A stretch of DNA of 64,000 nt from Dicyema japonicum. Its lineage: Eukaryota; Animalia; Dicyemida. The stretch spans positions 322,068-386,067 of the forward strand of contig RDEW01000039.1 in the NCBI GenBank assembly GCA_011109175.1, written 5' to 3'. Below, piece after piece: positions 50,400 through 62,276 of this stretch (its first letter is position 1; each line of letters begins with the position of its first letter). The notes under the pieces are model-generated. The model saw nothing but the letters and a program-made list of their open reading frames with translations. It ran no database searches and had not been told where the DNA came from. The translations under genes and the position numbers were made by a program.

Positions 50400-52890
50400 G
50401 CTAATTATGATTGTAACTATTCTAACAAAAATTAAAGAAATATTAAGTTCTTAGTAAAGCTAATCAAATTTATCACCTTCCTTGCAGCCATACACGAATA
50501 GTCAAATCCTCCACTAACATACTACAGAAGCAATCAACTCACCTGGTTTTTCTCTGGAATATACTCAATTGATTTGATCACACCTCTATGTCCTTTATAA
50601 GACTTCACGATGCAGCACGTGTCTGATTCCCACACTCTGATCGTAGAAATTGACTGTACTGTATGACATTCCCGATTGAGGCGACTATAAAGCCTCCAAA
50701 CATGTCAATGCACAAGGTTGTGATTGGAGTATAATTCGGACAGAACTTCCAGGCAAATTTCCCGCTTTTAAATTTTGGTAAGATCCCCTATGCTAGTTAC
50801 CCAGATGCGAATTGTCCCATCCTCCGAAGCTGTGACCCAACAGCCATTTTTAGAATTCCACTTCACTTTGGTCAAAAAACGGCCATGGCCTCTTAGGCCG
50901 TACAAATGTCTCAGTTTGATCACAGAGTTCACGACGACTATTTTATTTACCACAACGCTGATCGTGGAGGAGCAAGCAAGTTCGCTATTGCTGGAAATTA
51001 CACCATTTTTTACTCGTTGCTAAAAAAGTCAAAAATAACTCGTTGACTAAACTTTGATTTTGTTAACAAGAAATGTAAAATCATAAACTTACCAAACATA
51101 CTAATAATGGGAGGGAAAGAACCTAGACTACAGGTGCTTGGCCGCGTCATAGCAATTGGGGGAGGTACGTTGTTGTTAGTTTCCTGCATTGCACATGATT
51201 CATTAAGATCACGGCATAGCGAAAGTCCATTAGCGGCATAAACCTTGGTGATCTGTGGAGTCTGGACGCGGTTGGTGAATGGGCTAATAATATGGCAATA
51301 TAGGGGTTACTAATGCGGTAAGTAATTTTCGACAAAATGGCGGTTTCTTAACAAATAAACGATTTCGTTGATTTCTGTGAGACAAAAGCCGCTTATGAAG
51401 AGGGAGTGGGCGTTCAGGACAAATTGCTTACTCAAACCCACCAAATGCTTGATAAAAGTTAAGTCCTGATAATTATAAACAGCCAAACCGACTTGTGCAG
51501 TTTCTCGCTGTTCTTCAATTCGTTTTCAGTTTCTGATATGAGCACGTTGAATTTAGTTGTCGACTCGTCCTCGTCGAAAGCTTCAGAGAGTATTTTCAGC
51601 GCCTCAGCGTCGTACCCCAGGCATTCTCCGGTAAATCATAGAGTACCAACTGATCAGGCCATCTGACCGCCCAATTGCGAGAATGTCGATTATCAACGTA
51701 AATTATCGAGGTTATCGATTTGAGGAACTTTAGCGGCTAAATTTGGCGAAATTATTACTATTTTTAGCGCTTTATCCCACATTTTTGAAGCCTTTCTGCT
51801 AGAAATATTGCTCGTCGTCCTTAAAGCTGGAGTAGACTACTTCCTCGTTTCTGGGGTAACGGTTGAATCTTGCACGTATAAAAACGAGTTGAGCAACTTT
51901 TGTTCCCACTTGGTTATCTTCCTTGAGTCATCCCCTCCGTAGATTACATTTGTGAATCCCGAGTCTTTGAACTAACTTAGATTATAACTGTAGGTCAGGA
52001 CATCCACCGGAAAGGGACATGGGAGGATGGTAATGGAGGTCGAACTCTCGTATTTCCAAATAATAATGTGATGTCGCTTGATGTGGCTAAGCTTTGAGGC
52101 ATAATTTACTGAAGATAATGCTGAGCTCAGGAATAAAGCGGCAAAGCTGCAAATAGTACCGGGAGACAAAATTAACGTCAATGTCGATCAGGGAGTTGAT
52201 TACCTGTCCACTAAAGTGAAAACTTACGTCTTCTCCCGTCTTCAAGTCGAATATCCCGGGATAAGCAGATCCCTTTAGAATCCACAAATCTTCTAATTTG
52301 GGAGAGTAGCCAATGCCAGTGATTGAGTGACCCAACAGTGTAAATTCAATTTTCGAACAGAACAATGCATGACACGATGTCTTCGTGCTCGAAGGCGATG
52401 AAAGTGGGGATTTAATCGATCAGTTAGCTTGCTTGAGTGGCAACTCCTTACTTGTTAGTCGGTAGAGTCGGATTGCATTCTTGGTCCCCACGAATAAGTT
52501 CTCTTTGGTTTGGTCCACACAAATCGAATAACCGGAGTTTTCAACTGACAAGTAAATATTTACGATTGACATTGATAATCTGGGAGTAGTCGGAGTTATA
52601 GAACCAACAACCATGAATCCATCCAAGGAGGCTGAAAATAAGAGTTTTTCCGAATTCCTTGATTTTAATGAATAGTCTTACCAAACGGCAAAGCAAGTTA
52701 CCCGTCCTTTATGTACGTTATTGTTTATTTTCGTATACTTTCCAGTGTCGATTTCCATGCTTTGAATTGACCGTCTATTTGGAGTTAGTTTAGTGAAAAC
52801 TCTCATATCCGATCCATTGTTTCTCGGGAATATAATGTCCCAATGCTGAGGTTTTTCTGCTGTATGATTCCTTCATCTTCATGTACACTT
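50400..52890 (-). CDS. Multi-exon WD40-repeat protein (family not assigned)
   Basis: WD repeats HKGRVTCFAVW..LFSASLDG, GHGRFLTKVKWNSKNGCWVTASEDGTIRIW and GHRGVIKSIEY, separated by short GT-AG introns (about 22-26 nt where traced). Several frame breaks; both ends approximate. Confidence 0.7.
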
Positions 52891-53069
52891 CCATTAGGAA
52901 CAGTGAAATATTTAAATTGTCTTTAAGGATTTTGAAATGTTTGTGAATGTGTTAATTAAAATAAATAAAATATTTTTAATTGATATATTAATAAAATAAA
53001 TATATTTTTGTTAATAATATTCGAAAAATTGATTTAGAAATGGCAAGTATTATGGGTCATGAGGGCGTG

Positions 53070-54200
53070 TCGTAATGAGGTGGGTTCTTCTTGTTTAGGA
53101 AAGAATTTCATTTGGAGTTGCTGATTGGTTGTTCGGGAACGTTTTAGGTGCTCTCAAAGATGAGAATCCAATTATTTCTTTGTTGAAAAATAGTTTGTAA
53201 TCATGGATGAATCCTTTAGGGACGTGCTTTCTATCCGCCGAAAGGATGTCTGAGTTGAAATGTGCAATAGCTTTGTGTGGAGAGGTAAAATTTTTCACAG
53301 AGAAGTTTTCCAGCGACGTTTCGACGTCAACCGTGAAGTCGATCCATCTCGCCCTTTTGTAGTTCACATAGGTTCGCCTCGACATAGTTCGTCCGAAATG
53401 CAAGAAGATGTCGATCAGAATAGGGTTATGATCTGAGGGTAAGTCATATCTGACATCCCAGTAGATCGATTTTGCAAGGGAGCTGAGCATATGGAGAGGT
53501 CAGGAGACGTGTTAGGATCCCCAGGGCGTGTTCCACATCTCGTGTGTTGGCGGGGGTTATTTAATATCACTAGGTGTTCCAGTTCAGAGATCACTTGTTT
53601 CCCTCTGTGGTCCGAATTCTGGTTTCGGAACCATAGTGAATCTTTAGCGTTTAGATCGCCGCAAATAACTATGTTTTCGTATAGTTGAAGGAATTCTAGG
53701 TTTGGTCGGTAACTCTTCTGGCAGCAAGACGAAGGGGGAATGTAGATATTCAGAATTTTGTAAGGAGTTGACATAATATTGATGGTGATGGATAGCAATT
53801 CCATATGTTTATCAGAAGCCTCTGTCAATGTGTGGTCAGTGGTATCCGTGAATGGGATGGAGTTGTGAATGAGGGTGACCAGGCCACCACCGTGAGATCC
53901 ATTTGATCGCTCAGACCGGAGCAAAGAGTAGTTTTGAATTTTGGTGTTTGGGAGAAGGCAGACAAACGTGACTCCTGTAGAAGGGCAATGTCAATACGGT
54001 GTTTAACCAAGTACTCAGCCAATTCGGTATGTTTCGAGGTGATTCCATTGGTGTTAAGTTGTAAGATTCTGATGGGTCTATTCTGCGGCCCTGGGTTTAG
54101 TTCAATGTCACCGGATGTCAGGAGGGATTCTTGGGAGCGAAAGCTTCTTGCCCGCTCAATGGTCGCCATCGAGATCTCTTTTGAAGAGAGACGATAGGGA
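53070..54200 (-). mobile_element. Ingi/Vingi-like non-LTR element, 5' part (2A peptide plus APE), truncated before RT
   Basis: LLTSGDIELNPGP is followed by ILQLNTNG, LLQESRL, GGGLVTLI, NIYIPP, CGDLNA, SPDLS and SDHNPI (APE motifs). Two frame breaks. Confidence 0.8.
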
Positions 54201-54378
54201 AATAGTGTGGTTCTTTTTCATGTGTGCTGTGTAGGGCACAGGCACAACCAAATGACACCTCTTGGTGAGCCACAACGTCATAAATTATGTTGTTTGAAAT
54301 GCCATATTTCAGGGGTTCTAAATGAATAAAGAACATTGAAATGCCATATTTCACCTTGGTTTGATTATCTTCCTTTAA

Positions 54379-54710
54379 TAATAATAATAAAGCCTTTTCA
54401 CGAGAGCCATAGTATTTTATAGCTCCGCATAGGCAGGACACACACTTTATTTAAGTAAAGAACAGTTAATTTTAACAAATCGTAGAACCAAGGAATGATC
54501 TTCACTTCTTTTTTTTCTTTTTCTTGTGTGAGTGTCCTTTCTAGACAAATCCAGTTCCGCAGTGAGTATTCACTGATGACGGCGTCACTCGTCAAACCAT
54601 TTCTGCATCGTAGATGCGTGGAACCTTCCACCAGGTGAACAGCAGCGAGTTTCGAACCCGTAGCTTAAGCCACTTAAGCCCGACACCTAACCACTAAGCC
54701 ACTAACCGCC
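54379..54710 (-). mobile_element. Full-length tRNA-derived SINE with 13-bp TSD
   Basis: Head with A box (TGGCTTAGTGG) and B box (GGTTCGAAAC), (TTA)n tail, TSD TATCTTCCTTTAA at 54366-54378 and 54711-54723. Confidence 0.88.
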
Positions 54711-54789
54711 TATCTTCCTTTAACTAGATTTTATTTAAAATTATTTTTAATATTTTTTCAATATATATTTAAATTTATTTAAAAAAAAC

Positions 54790-55440
54790 CCCTGTGGCCT
54801 CTCCAGTTGATCTCTGCTGCAATCGTGAGAGGCAACGCAACTTCGATAATGTCAGAGGGGTCCACTTTGGATGGATGACAGTATTTAAAACAAACAAACA
54901 AGTTTTTGAAGATCCTAGAAATTAGAGGAATGTTGAAACTTATATGGTTCCTAATGCAAGCTGATCGACAACAAATTTTGAATCCAAGATTGGAGTCCAA
55001 CAAGGCGACCCCAGTGACCTCCTACTTTTTCTTTGGGCATAGATTATGCAGCATCAGCGATTGGAACTCCACTGAACTTATGGTACCTGGATGATTCGAC
55101 CGTCGGAAGGAATTCCAAATTTTGTGGAAAAGGTCGAGTACCCCATCTTAGCACTTGCAGCACTATGGTTGGAACCAAATCCGTATAAATGTGAAATCAT
55201 TAGCGTTGCTTAGGTAGAGGACAACTTTGACCATGTAGTGATTTCTACTTATCTCGGTCACTCGACTCGAAAACGCAATTTTCTCGGCTCTCCTCTATAT
55301 GGAAGTGATATGTCAAAAAATGCATCTGGTTCAGTTTTCAGACAAAGGTGTTGTCTGGTTTATTTTAGATCGACTTTACGATAGCAGCTAGATGAGCATT
55401 CTGCGCAATTTTGGTGTAGATTGTGTTTGGATTGATTTTC
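54790..55440 (+). mobile_element. CRE-like RT fragment
   Basis: Frames read GVQQGDP, LNLWYLDDSTVG, LEPNPYKCEII and FLGSPL, matching CRE-type RT (GVQQGDPLGP..WYLDDG..GL.LN..KCE). Confidence 0.6.
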
Positions 55441-55459
55441 CCGATCTCTGACTGTGCTA

Positions 55460-56130
55460 CATAAGATTTACTCATGTCTGTGTGCCTTGATATTCTGTTG
55501 GGTTTCTATGAGAACCATCCGAAGACAAGGAGATAATAAAATACTAATCCGTCTCCTCCTCCAATAGACGATCTGATATTTTCTTTTAGGGGACATCCGG
55601 GTAATCCCGACTCGTCTCCCTCTACAGACACACGTATGTAAACTGGATAATGTAAAAAATGTCATCTGTCCCCTTATGCATGTCAAAAGTCACCCCAAGG
55701 ATCCTTTGGGATTTTATGAAAGGAATAGCTTCATTGTTTGCCTTCAGTTCGACCGTCTGTCTTCCCAGTCTCTGTCTGAGGTAAATAGGGTTGTGACGGA
55801 CATTACACTGCTAGTAGTTAGGCGATTTGTCAAGACGGTCCAGATTTTCTGTCAATCACGAAGTGGCAATCTGGATGTCCTGATCGCGTGACGCAATGAC
55901 GATGTCGTCGGCATAAGTTAGAATAATATCATTTTCGGAGTCTTAGGTGGGGAGGTCCGCCATGTATAGGTTGCATAAAACTGGAGACAAAGAGGATTTT
56001 TGGGGAACCCCATTAGGGAGAAGCCGTGAAATAGGCCAATGATTTTTGACATCTCAACAGCACTTGTCCGTCAACGAGCGACCATTCTCTTCATAAAATT
56101 AGCCTCTCAGCTGAATGTTGACCATCAAAA
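55460..56130 (-). mobile_element. Degenerate non-LTR RT fragment (APE-type, possibly Ingi/Vingi)
   Basis: ILTYADDIVI (about 55925-55890) and QRILGVTFD, plus a degenerate GVPQ..LSP box upstream. Confidence 0.7.
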
Positions 56131-56152
56131 AATAATAGGAGTTATCCAAACC

Positions 56153-56926
56153 ATGTCCTCAATAGACTCGCAGGTTTGTTTATATTCTTAAAAAGATTAT
56201 AATTTTTTAATTAAAATCAGACACAGACATCAAGCTCGCCGACCATGGTCTCGAGACCATCAATGACGGTACGCTTGAAGCACGTGTATTTTCACTTTTG
56301 AAATGCCAGACCAAAAAAATGATGGAACTAATTGAGGTAGTCTTAGTTTTTCACTAAGAACGCTTTTTCGAACGTCATGCTTGGCTTAAACAACATCATT
56401 TCCTTTGGATGGATGATCGTTGAGGAATGTGACGAGGACACGTGTTTCCTAACAAATGGTGATAAAATTGAGGCCACTACAGTCGCTCTTCTACGAGACA
56501 TTAAATCATCTAAGAACTCTCTCGACGCCTCCGTTCTTCTGATTAAACGGAAGCTTGCCACTCAAAAGCAAGTCTTAAACCAATATGTAGTAAAGTGAGT
56601 TATTTTTCATGACACGTGGAGCAGCTTTTTAAACGTGTGTGTCAAAGGAGGAGACTGATTTGACGACTGCTATCGTCCGGGTGAGCCAATAGGTTATTAT
56701 GAGGTATCAGTCGGACTGGCACCACAAGTATGTGAAGAACATCTTAAGGACTCACACGACTGCGACAACTACCAAGATGTTGTATAAGCTGTCCCAGAAG
56801 GAGTTTAAACCTTTGAAGTATTTTTTGATCTACCGTGTTTTAAGCAAGGAAATATCGTCTAAAGAGGATGCTCAAAGAGATGTGAACAATTTGAAAAAAA
56901 TTCAACACGAAAATTTCACACAATGA
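56153..56926 (+). CDS. Unidentified multi-exon gene
   Basis: ATG at 56153. Open exon frames are joined by GT-AG introns (e.g. gtagtcttagtttttcactaag, 22 nt) and end at the ORF 56699-56926. No homology recognised. Confidence 0.45.
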
Positions 56927-57348
56927 AAACAAGAAGTCAAATAAAATATATCACGCAGAAAAATGAAGAAAGTCTCTCACGGTTATTCTATTAAAAATCT
57001 TGCATACCCCATGTTGGAAACACTGATGTAGATGATTGTCCTTAAAGTTGGTTTCATCACCAGACGAATTAAATTGAGACTGAGAACTCTACTAAATTAA
57101 GTTGGCGTAAATAAAAAAAAATCTTATTAAATAGAGCAGCGATTTTCTTCGTATTATCAAGAGTGATCGTCGAAAAATTTAACAGATCGCTAAAGACACT
57201 GTAATTTGAAACTTGGACCAAATTGATAAATCCTCAGATTGAGATATTTTTATGTTAAAAGTGAAATTATGAGTGACAAAATAATTATTAAAACCATTTA
57301 ATCCCTTAAAAACGAAAAGTTAACTAATCAAACGATCAAATTATTCGA

Positions 57349-58595
57349 TTATAGGATAAATTGGACTGAAGGAAATCCACAGTTATATTTCCCACGTGAC
57401 AGTTTGAAGTATCCATGAATACCCCATGCTTTTCCCCATCCATTTTTGATAAGCCAATACTTTTCACCATTCATAATTCCATAGCCAACAACAGAAATTA
57501 CATGATTATAGTTCAAGTTATGACAATTCCTGATGTGGTATACTCCTAAAACGTTTCATTTATATTTACCTCGAAGATAAGTTTGCATGCTTATTAAAGA
57601 ACCATCAACTACAGCAGTAATAGGACCAACTTTAATGAGATAGTCCATAAGCATTTTTCGTTACCATTATTAAGTCTTTTATAATCAGTCAATTTAAGTT
57701 TAATATTTGGTTTACCATCATATTTACATTTACCCTCCTATAGAGTTATGATAGAGACATTACCTTAGCCACATATGGATATCGTTTTTCAGAATTAATT
57801 CCTCCGTTATTTTTAATGTAATCATAAACATCTTCAGGAGATCCACCACTGCATCCATGATCTACAATCTACAATGTTTTGTTCACTCATAGATATAAGA
57901 ATATTGTGTTTGATTGCAAAATGTGACTCCAACGTAGCCAACTAAATGCGTTAAACATTGGTTAACTGCTCCAAATGCATAGCAAGAACAAAAACAAAAC
58001 TCCTTGCATTTTTATATCAGTTACCACAGTTTCGTTTTACCCNNNNNNNNNNNNNNNNNNNNNNNNNNNNNNNNNNNNNNNNNNNNNNNNNNNNNNNATT
58101 TTTATATCAGTTACACAGTTTCGTTTTACCCAACTAAATGATTTGGGATATTTTGCTTTATTTGCATACATATTATAATCTTCTAATAATTCATCTGTGT
58201 TTGTTTGATTAGAATAAGAATTAAACTTGAATTTGTTTGGTTTTCTAAATTCCCTTCTTGTCTACAAAAATATATTGTAATTAAACCAGGTCAGCGAACT
58301 GATTGATTCCCAATTCATACAAAAATCTTCCTTGATTAAAAAGTAAATTGTGGTTGTCAATGAAGATTAAGTTTTCAGTAAAAATAGCCTTTCTAACCTG
58401 TAGTTCTAAGCCAGAATATGATTTATCTTAAAATAAGTAAAAATAAATTTAACTATATTTTTCTATGAAATCATTCCATTGGATTTCATAATATTCATAG
58501 TCTTTAGGTGAATAATTGATTGATTCGTATTTGAAATGAATTTTGGATGAATTAAAGTTATTCAAAAATATAACAAGGAAAATTATGTTGATCAT
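57349..58595 (-). CDS. Papain-family (cathepsin L-like) cysteine protease with I29 propeptide
   Basis: Signal peptide MINIIFLVIFL; propeptide RKAIFTENLIFIDNHN and LGINQFADL; mature PKSFSW, MQG..SCYAF, SEQNIVDC, HGCSGG, VGPI, NHVISVVGYG and WLIKNGWG. Tiny introns, several frame breaks, and it spans the first N gap. Confidence 0.85.
58043..58097. other. Assembly gap (55 N), probably a false gap with overlapping flanks
   Basis: tttttatatcagtta(c)cacagtttcgttttaccc occurs on both sides of the gap. Confidence 0.85.
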
Positions 58596-58869
58596 TTTAA
58601 TTAATTCTGTCTATTTTTTATTTAAATAATTTTAAAAAATATATATTTTTTTTTCATTAAAAAAATATATATTTTTGTTTTTTATGAGTTTATCCAGATA
58701 AAATTGATAATCGCATTATCTTCGCTAGATGGTCTTTCTTTGATCTTTTACCAGCTCTTTGGGTTCGGGTTCTGTTCTGGTCACGTTGGATTAGGTCTTC
58801 TCTGTTATTAGTGGTAACTTAGGTTACTAAAAATAGGAACTAGCTTGAAGACAGATAGAATATTCCCAA

Positions 58870-59620
58870 GGAAGACTTGTCTTCATTGTTCTCCATCTCC
58901 CTCTGCTTTACGCATCTGTCCGTAGATCTTCTAGGTCACTGCAGATTAAAGTTTCTTCCAATTCCGTTAATATCCTTGTTTAGAGCCACAGAGAGGGTGA
59001 CTCTAGGCCTTCCTCTGAATGATGGTTTGTTCTCATTGTTAAACTAATTGTCCATTATTATATTTGCATGAGCGTTTATGTTCATTTTAAGCACGTGCCT
59101 AAACAGTTTCTATCTTGATTCAATAATGTCAATCATTTTTGCCTCTCTTGTGCCACAGAGTATAATTACTTATTTGAAATCTTCTTAGGGAAGCCTAGCC
59201 CCATTAAATTTCGTAATTGTTTTCGATGAAATATATCCAATTTCTTAAGCTCTAAACCCTCTCCCCCATGTACCCGAGTTGTACATAAGCACCGGCTTCG
59301 TAAATGAGTTGTATATCTTTTTCTTAGATTTGTTTTTTTAGTTTTCGTCGACTCCATATCTTCTGCATTTTCATGTGAATGACATCTCGCATTCCAATCC
59401 ATATCCTCCAAAGGAAAGCTTAAATAATCAAATCACCCCAACTTGTACGGCTTCGTAAATGAGTTGTATATCTTATTCTTAGATTTGTTTTTTTAGTTTT
59501 CGTCGACTCCATATCTTCTGCATTTTCATGTGAATGACATCTCGCATTCCAATCCATATCCTCCAAAGGAAAGCTTAAATAATCAAATCACCCCAACTTG
59601 TATTCCAAAGCCTATAAAGT
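58870..59620 (-). mobile_element. RTE LINE 3' fragment
   Basis: KIWS..KIYNSFTKPVLMYNSGTWG..FHRKQLR..LFRHVLKM..SFRGRPRVTL, collinear with 43773-44340. Confidence 0.8.
59293..59602. repeat. Near-exact 155-bp tandem duplication
   Basis: 59293-59447 and 59448-59602 differ by only a few bases. Confidence 0.9.
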
Positions 59621-60485
59621 CATGAACATCTTGTACCACGGATACATCAATTTTGGAAAGTCAACGACAGGATTAGTGTTCTGCAAATTAGGATGAATGA
59701 CATGTGCCCTTCCAAAAGCTACATGACAGTCATTAACATGTATGCTCCACATAGTGGCAGATTTTTGAAAAATCCTGAGGAACTGGATGACTTCTACTGT
59801 CAACTATTGAGGACGTACTCGGAATACGAATCTTCGTCGTTGATATTTATTGCCGGGGATTTTAACGCTAAAGTTGGGATGCGACGCAGTGGAGAGGAAT
59901 CGTTCATCGGCAGGCATGGACGGGGGTGGAGAAACACCCCGGGAACACTACTGGCCAATTTCTGTCAAGCGAATGATCTTTTCATAGGAAACACTGCCTT
60001 TATGCACCCAGCTCGCCACAGGAGCACATGGACTGGCCATAGAACGAACTCGGAAAACAAAAGTGTCAATATTTATAATCAAATTGATTACATCATTTGT
60101 CGGACCAAGGACAAACACCTACTGAATGATGCCCGTTCTTATGGAGGGTCGATGATAAATAGTGACCATAAAATGGTTATTGGCAAGTTCTCCTTGCAGA
60201 AATACTACATTGGCAGGAAGAACCTGAGTCTAAGCAAAACGCTACCACCTTACCATACCCATGTATATATGACTGAGAAGCTCTGGTCTCAGCCGCTGCT
60301 GGTGACAAACTACCAAAAACATATAGAGAACCACCTATATACATTACCAGCTAATATGACTATAAAAGACCTATGGGATCAGACCAAAAGCATTATCTGC
60401 CTTGCCGCAAACACCCACCTTGGAGTGAGACGGCAGACAACCGGAAATATGTCACTTGGCCATCCAGACTCCTTATTACTGGCAA
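59620..60485 (+). mobile_element. RTE LINE APE-domain segment running into a gap
   Basis: Open frame FWKVNDRISVLQ..INMYAPH..GDFNAKVG..NTAFMHPARHRSTWTG..YNQIDYI..SDHKMV, homologous to about 45900-46450. Confidence 0.85.
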
Positions 60486-60911
60486 NNNNNNNNNNNNNNN
60501 NNNNNNNNNNNNNNNNNNNNNNNNNNNNNNNNNNNNNNNNNNNNNNNNNNNNNNNNNNNNNNNNNNNNNNNNNNNNNNNNNNNNNNNNNNNNNNNNNNNN
60601 NNNNNNNNNNNNNNNNNNNNNNNNNNNNNNNNNNNNNNNNNNNNNNNNNNNNNNNNNNNNNNNNNNNNNNNNNNNNNNNNNNNNNNNNNNNNNNNNNNNN
60701 NNNNNNNNNNNNNNNNNNNNNNNNNNNNNNNNNNNNNNNNNNNNNNNNNNNNNNNNNNNNNNNNNNNNNNNNNNNNNNNNNNNNNNNNNNNNNNNNNNNN
60801 NNNNNNNNNNNNNNNNNNNNNNNNNNNNNNNNNNNNNNNNNNNNNNNNNNNNNNNNNNNNNNNNNNNNNNNNNNNNNNNNNNNNNNNNNNNNNNNNNNNN
60901 NNNNNNNNNNN
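60486..60911. other. Assembly gap (426 N)
   Basis: Run of N. Confidence 1.
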
Positions 60912-61215
60912 TTAAAAAAGAAGTAGATTTATTAACTCTGTTGTGGTCTTAAGAATAGATGGAACATAATCTTTCTACATACCCATGGTAACAATAATTC
61001 CTTTCTTTTATTAGTTTGATTGTGCTTGCATCAAATTTCTTCTTGATGACCTTTAAAATTCCTTATCTGACAAATAGTTTTTTCATCTCCAGAATCAGCT
61101 AATTAAAATGACACACTCTTCTATCAATTGAGTTGAAATTATTCTGATGGAAATTCAATAGGGCAGAGTCCACGTATCTTTTTAATCCTGTCCAGTCAGC
61201 ATTAGTTTAGTCATA
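60912..61215. repeat. About 300-bp segment duplicated in inverted orientation at 63079-63372
   Basis: ttaaaaaagaag.agatttattaactctgttgtggtcttaagaatagatggaacataatc... through ...gcattagtttagtc matches the reverse complement of 63079-63372 with scattered substitutions. Confidence 0.85.
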
Positions 61216-62024
61216 AAAATTGACGTGTTTTGACCGCTTCATTGATGTACAATTGATCTTGATCAGAATGGGATCATGGTCGCTTCGTAAGTCATAGTTT
61301 AGCGGCCAGCATATAAGCGGAGCAAGCAGTGGTGAACATAACGTAATATCCGGTGATGTAACGGAATCCTTGCTATTATACGATGTTCGTGTATTCCTAG
61401 TTGAGGATCATTCATAATGGACAGATTTTCTAATTGGGAGATTATATGAAATCCCCTTGTGTCTGGAGGTTGTTTCTCTTATCACGAAGGGTGCTTGGCA
61501 TTAAAATCTCTGGACACCATCAAGTTTTCCATCATATCTAGAGCAGACAAATCCATGGAAAATCCTTTTCCATAGGAACTTGGGGGAGGAACGGATACGT
61601 TGGCGAAATAATCCATCAAATTCCTGAATATGGAGGAATGTTTGTCGAACATAGTGCCTCTGCATTCCTTGTAAACAATAATTTATATTTCTATTAAATT
61701 ATTAATAAAAATTATGTATTTAAATGGATCTCTGGTTACAGCAGTTCCAATGAATCCAGCGAATGCGCAGTGACAAAACAAGCCCTTTTGATTTAATTGT
61801 TTGTCATATGCTTACCGATAAATCTGTCATTATTTTTGACTTTCGTTATCAAATACTTATTGGAGCCATTCTATTCAGCCAAACTAAGGACTAGATTATA
61901 TCCCAAGCTATTAGCAGATTAAAAAGCACATCCGTATTTGTAATCCAGAAAATGTTACCAAATTAACTCAATAAACTCTATATAATCACCCATATCTGTT
62001 TGCAAAGGTAGTTATTTTCTTAAT

Positions 62025-62276
62025 AATAATAATAATAAAGCCTTTTCACGAGAGCCATAGTATTTATAGCTCCGCATAGGCAAGACACACACTTTATTTA
62101 AGTAAAGAACAGTTAATTTTAACTAATCGTAGAACCAAGGAATGATCTTCACTTCTTTTTTTTCGTGTGTGAGTGTCCTTTCTAGACGCGTGGAATTTTC
62201 CACCAGGTGAACAGCAGCGAGATTCGAACCCGTAGCCTTAGCCACTTAAGCCCGACAACTAACCACTATGCCACCC
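62025..62276 (-). mobile_element. tRNA-derived SINE with 15-bp TSD, lacking the central segment
   Basis: Head TGGCATAGTGG...GGTTCGAATC and (TTA)n tail; TSD AGTTATTTTCTTAAT at 62010-62024 and 62277-62291. It lacks the ~70-bp segment present at about 54547-54615. Confidence 0.88.

Noticed and set aside
59293-59602. 155-bp tandem duplication as a functional element
   Set aside because: It lies inside a decayed LINE near a gap, so mis-assembly or neutral slippage is more likely.
60373-60952. Long ORFs through the poly-X region
   Set aside because: Artefacts of translating the N gap.
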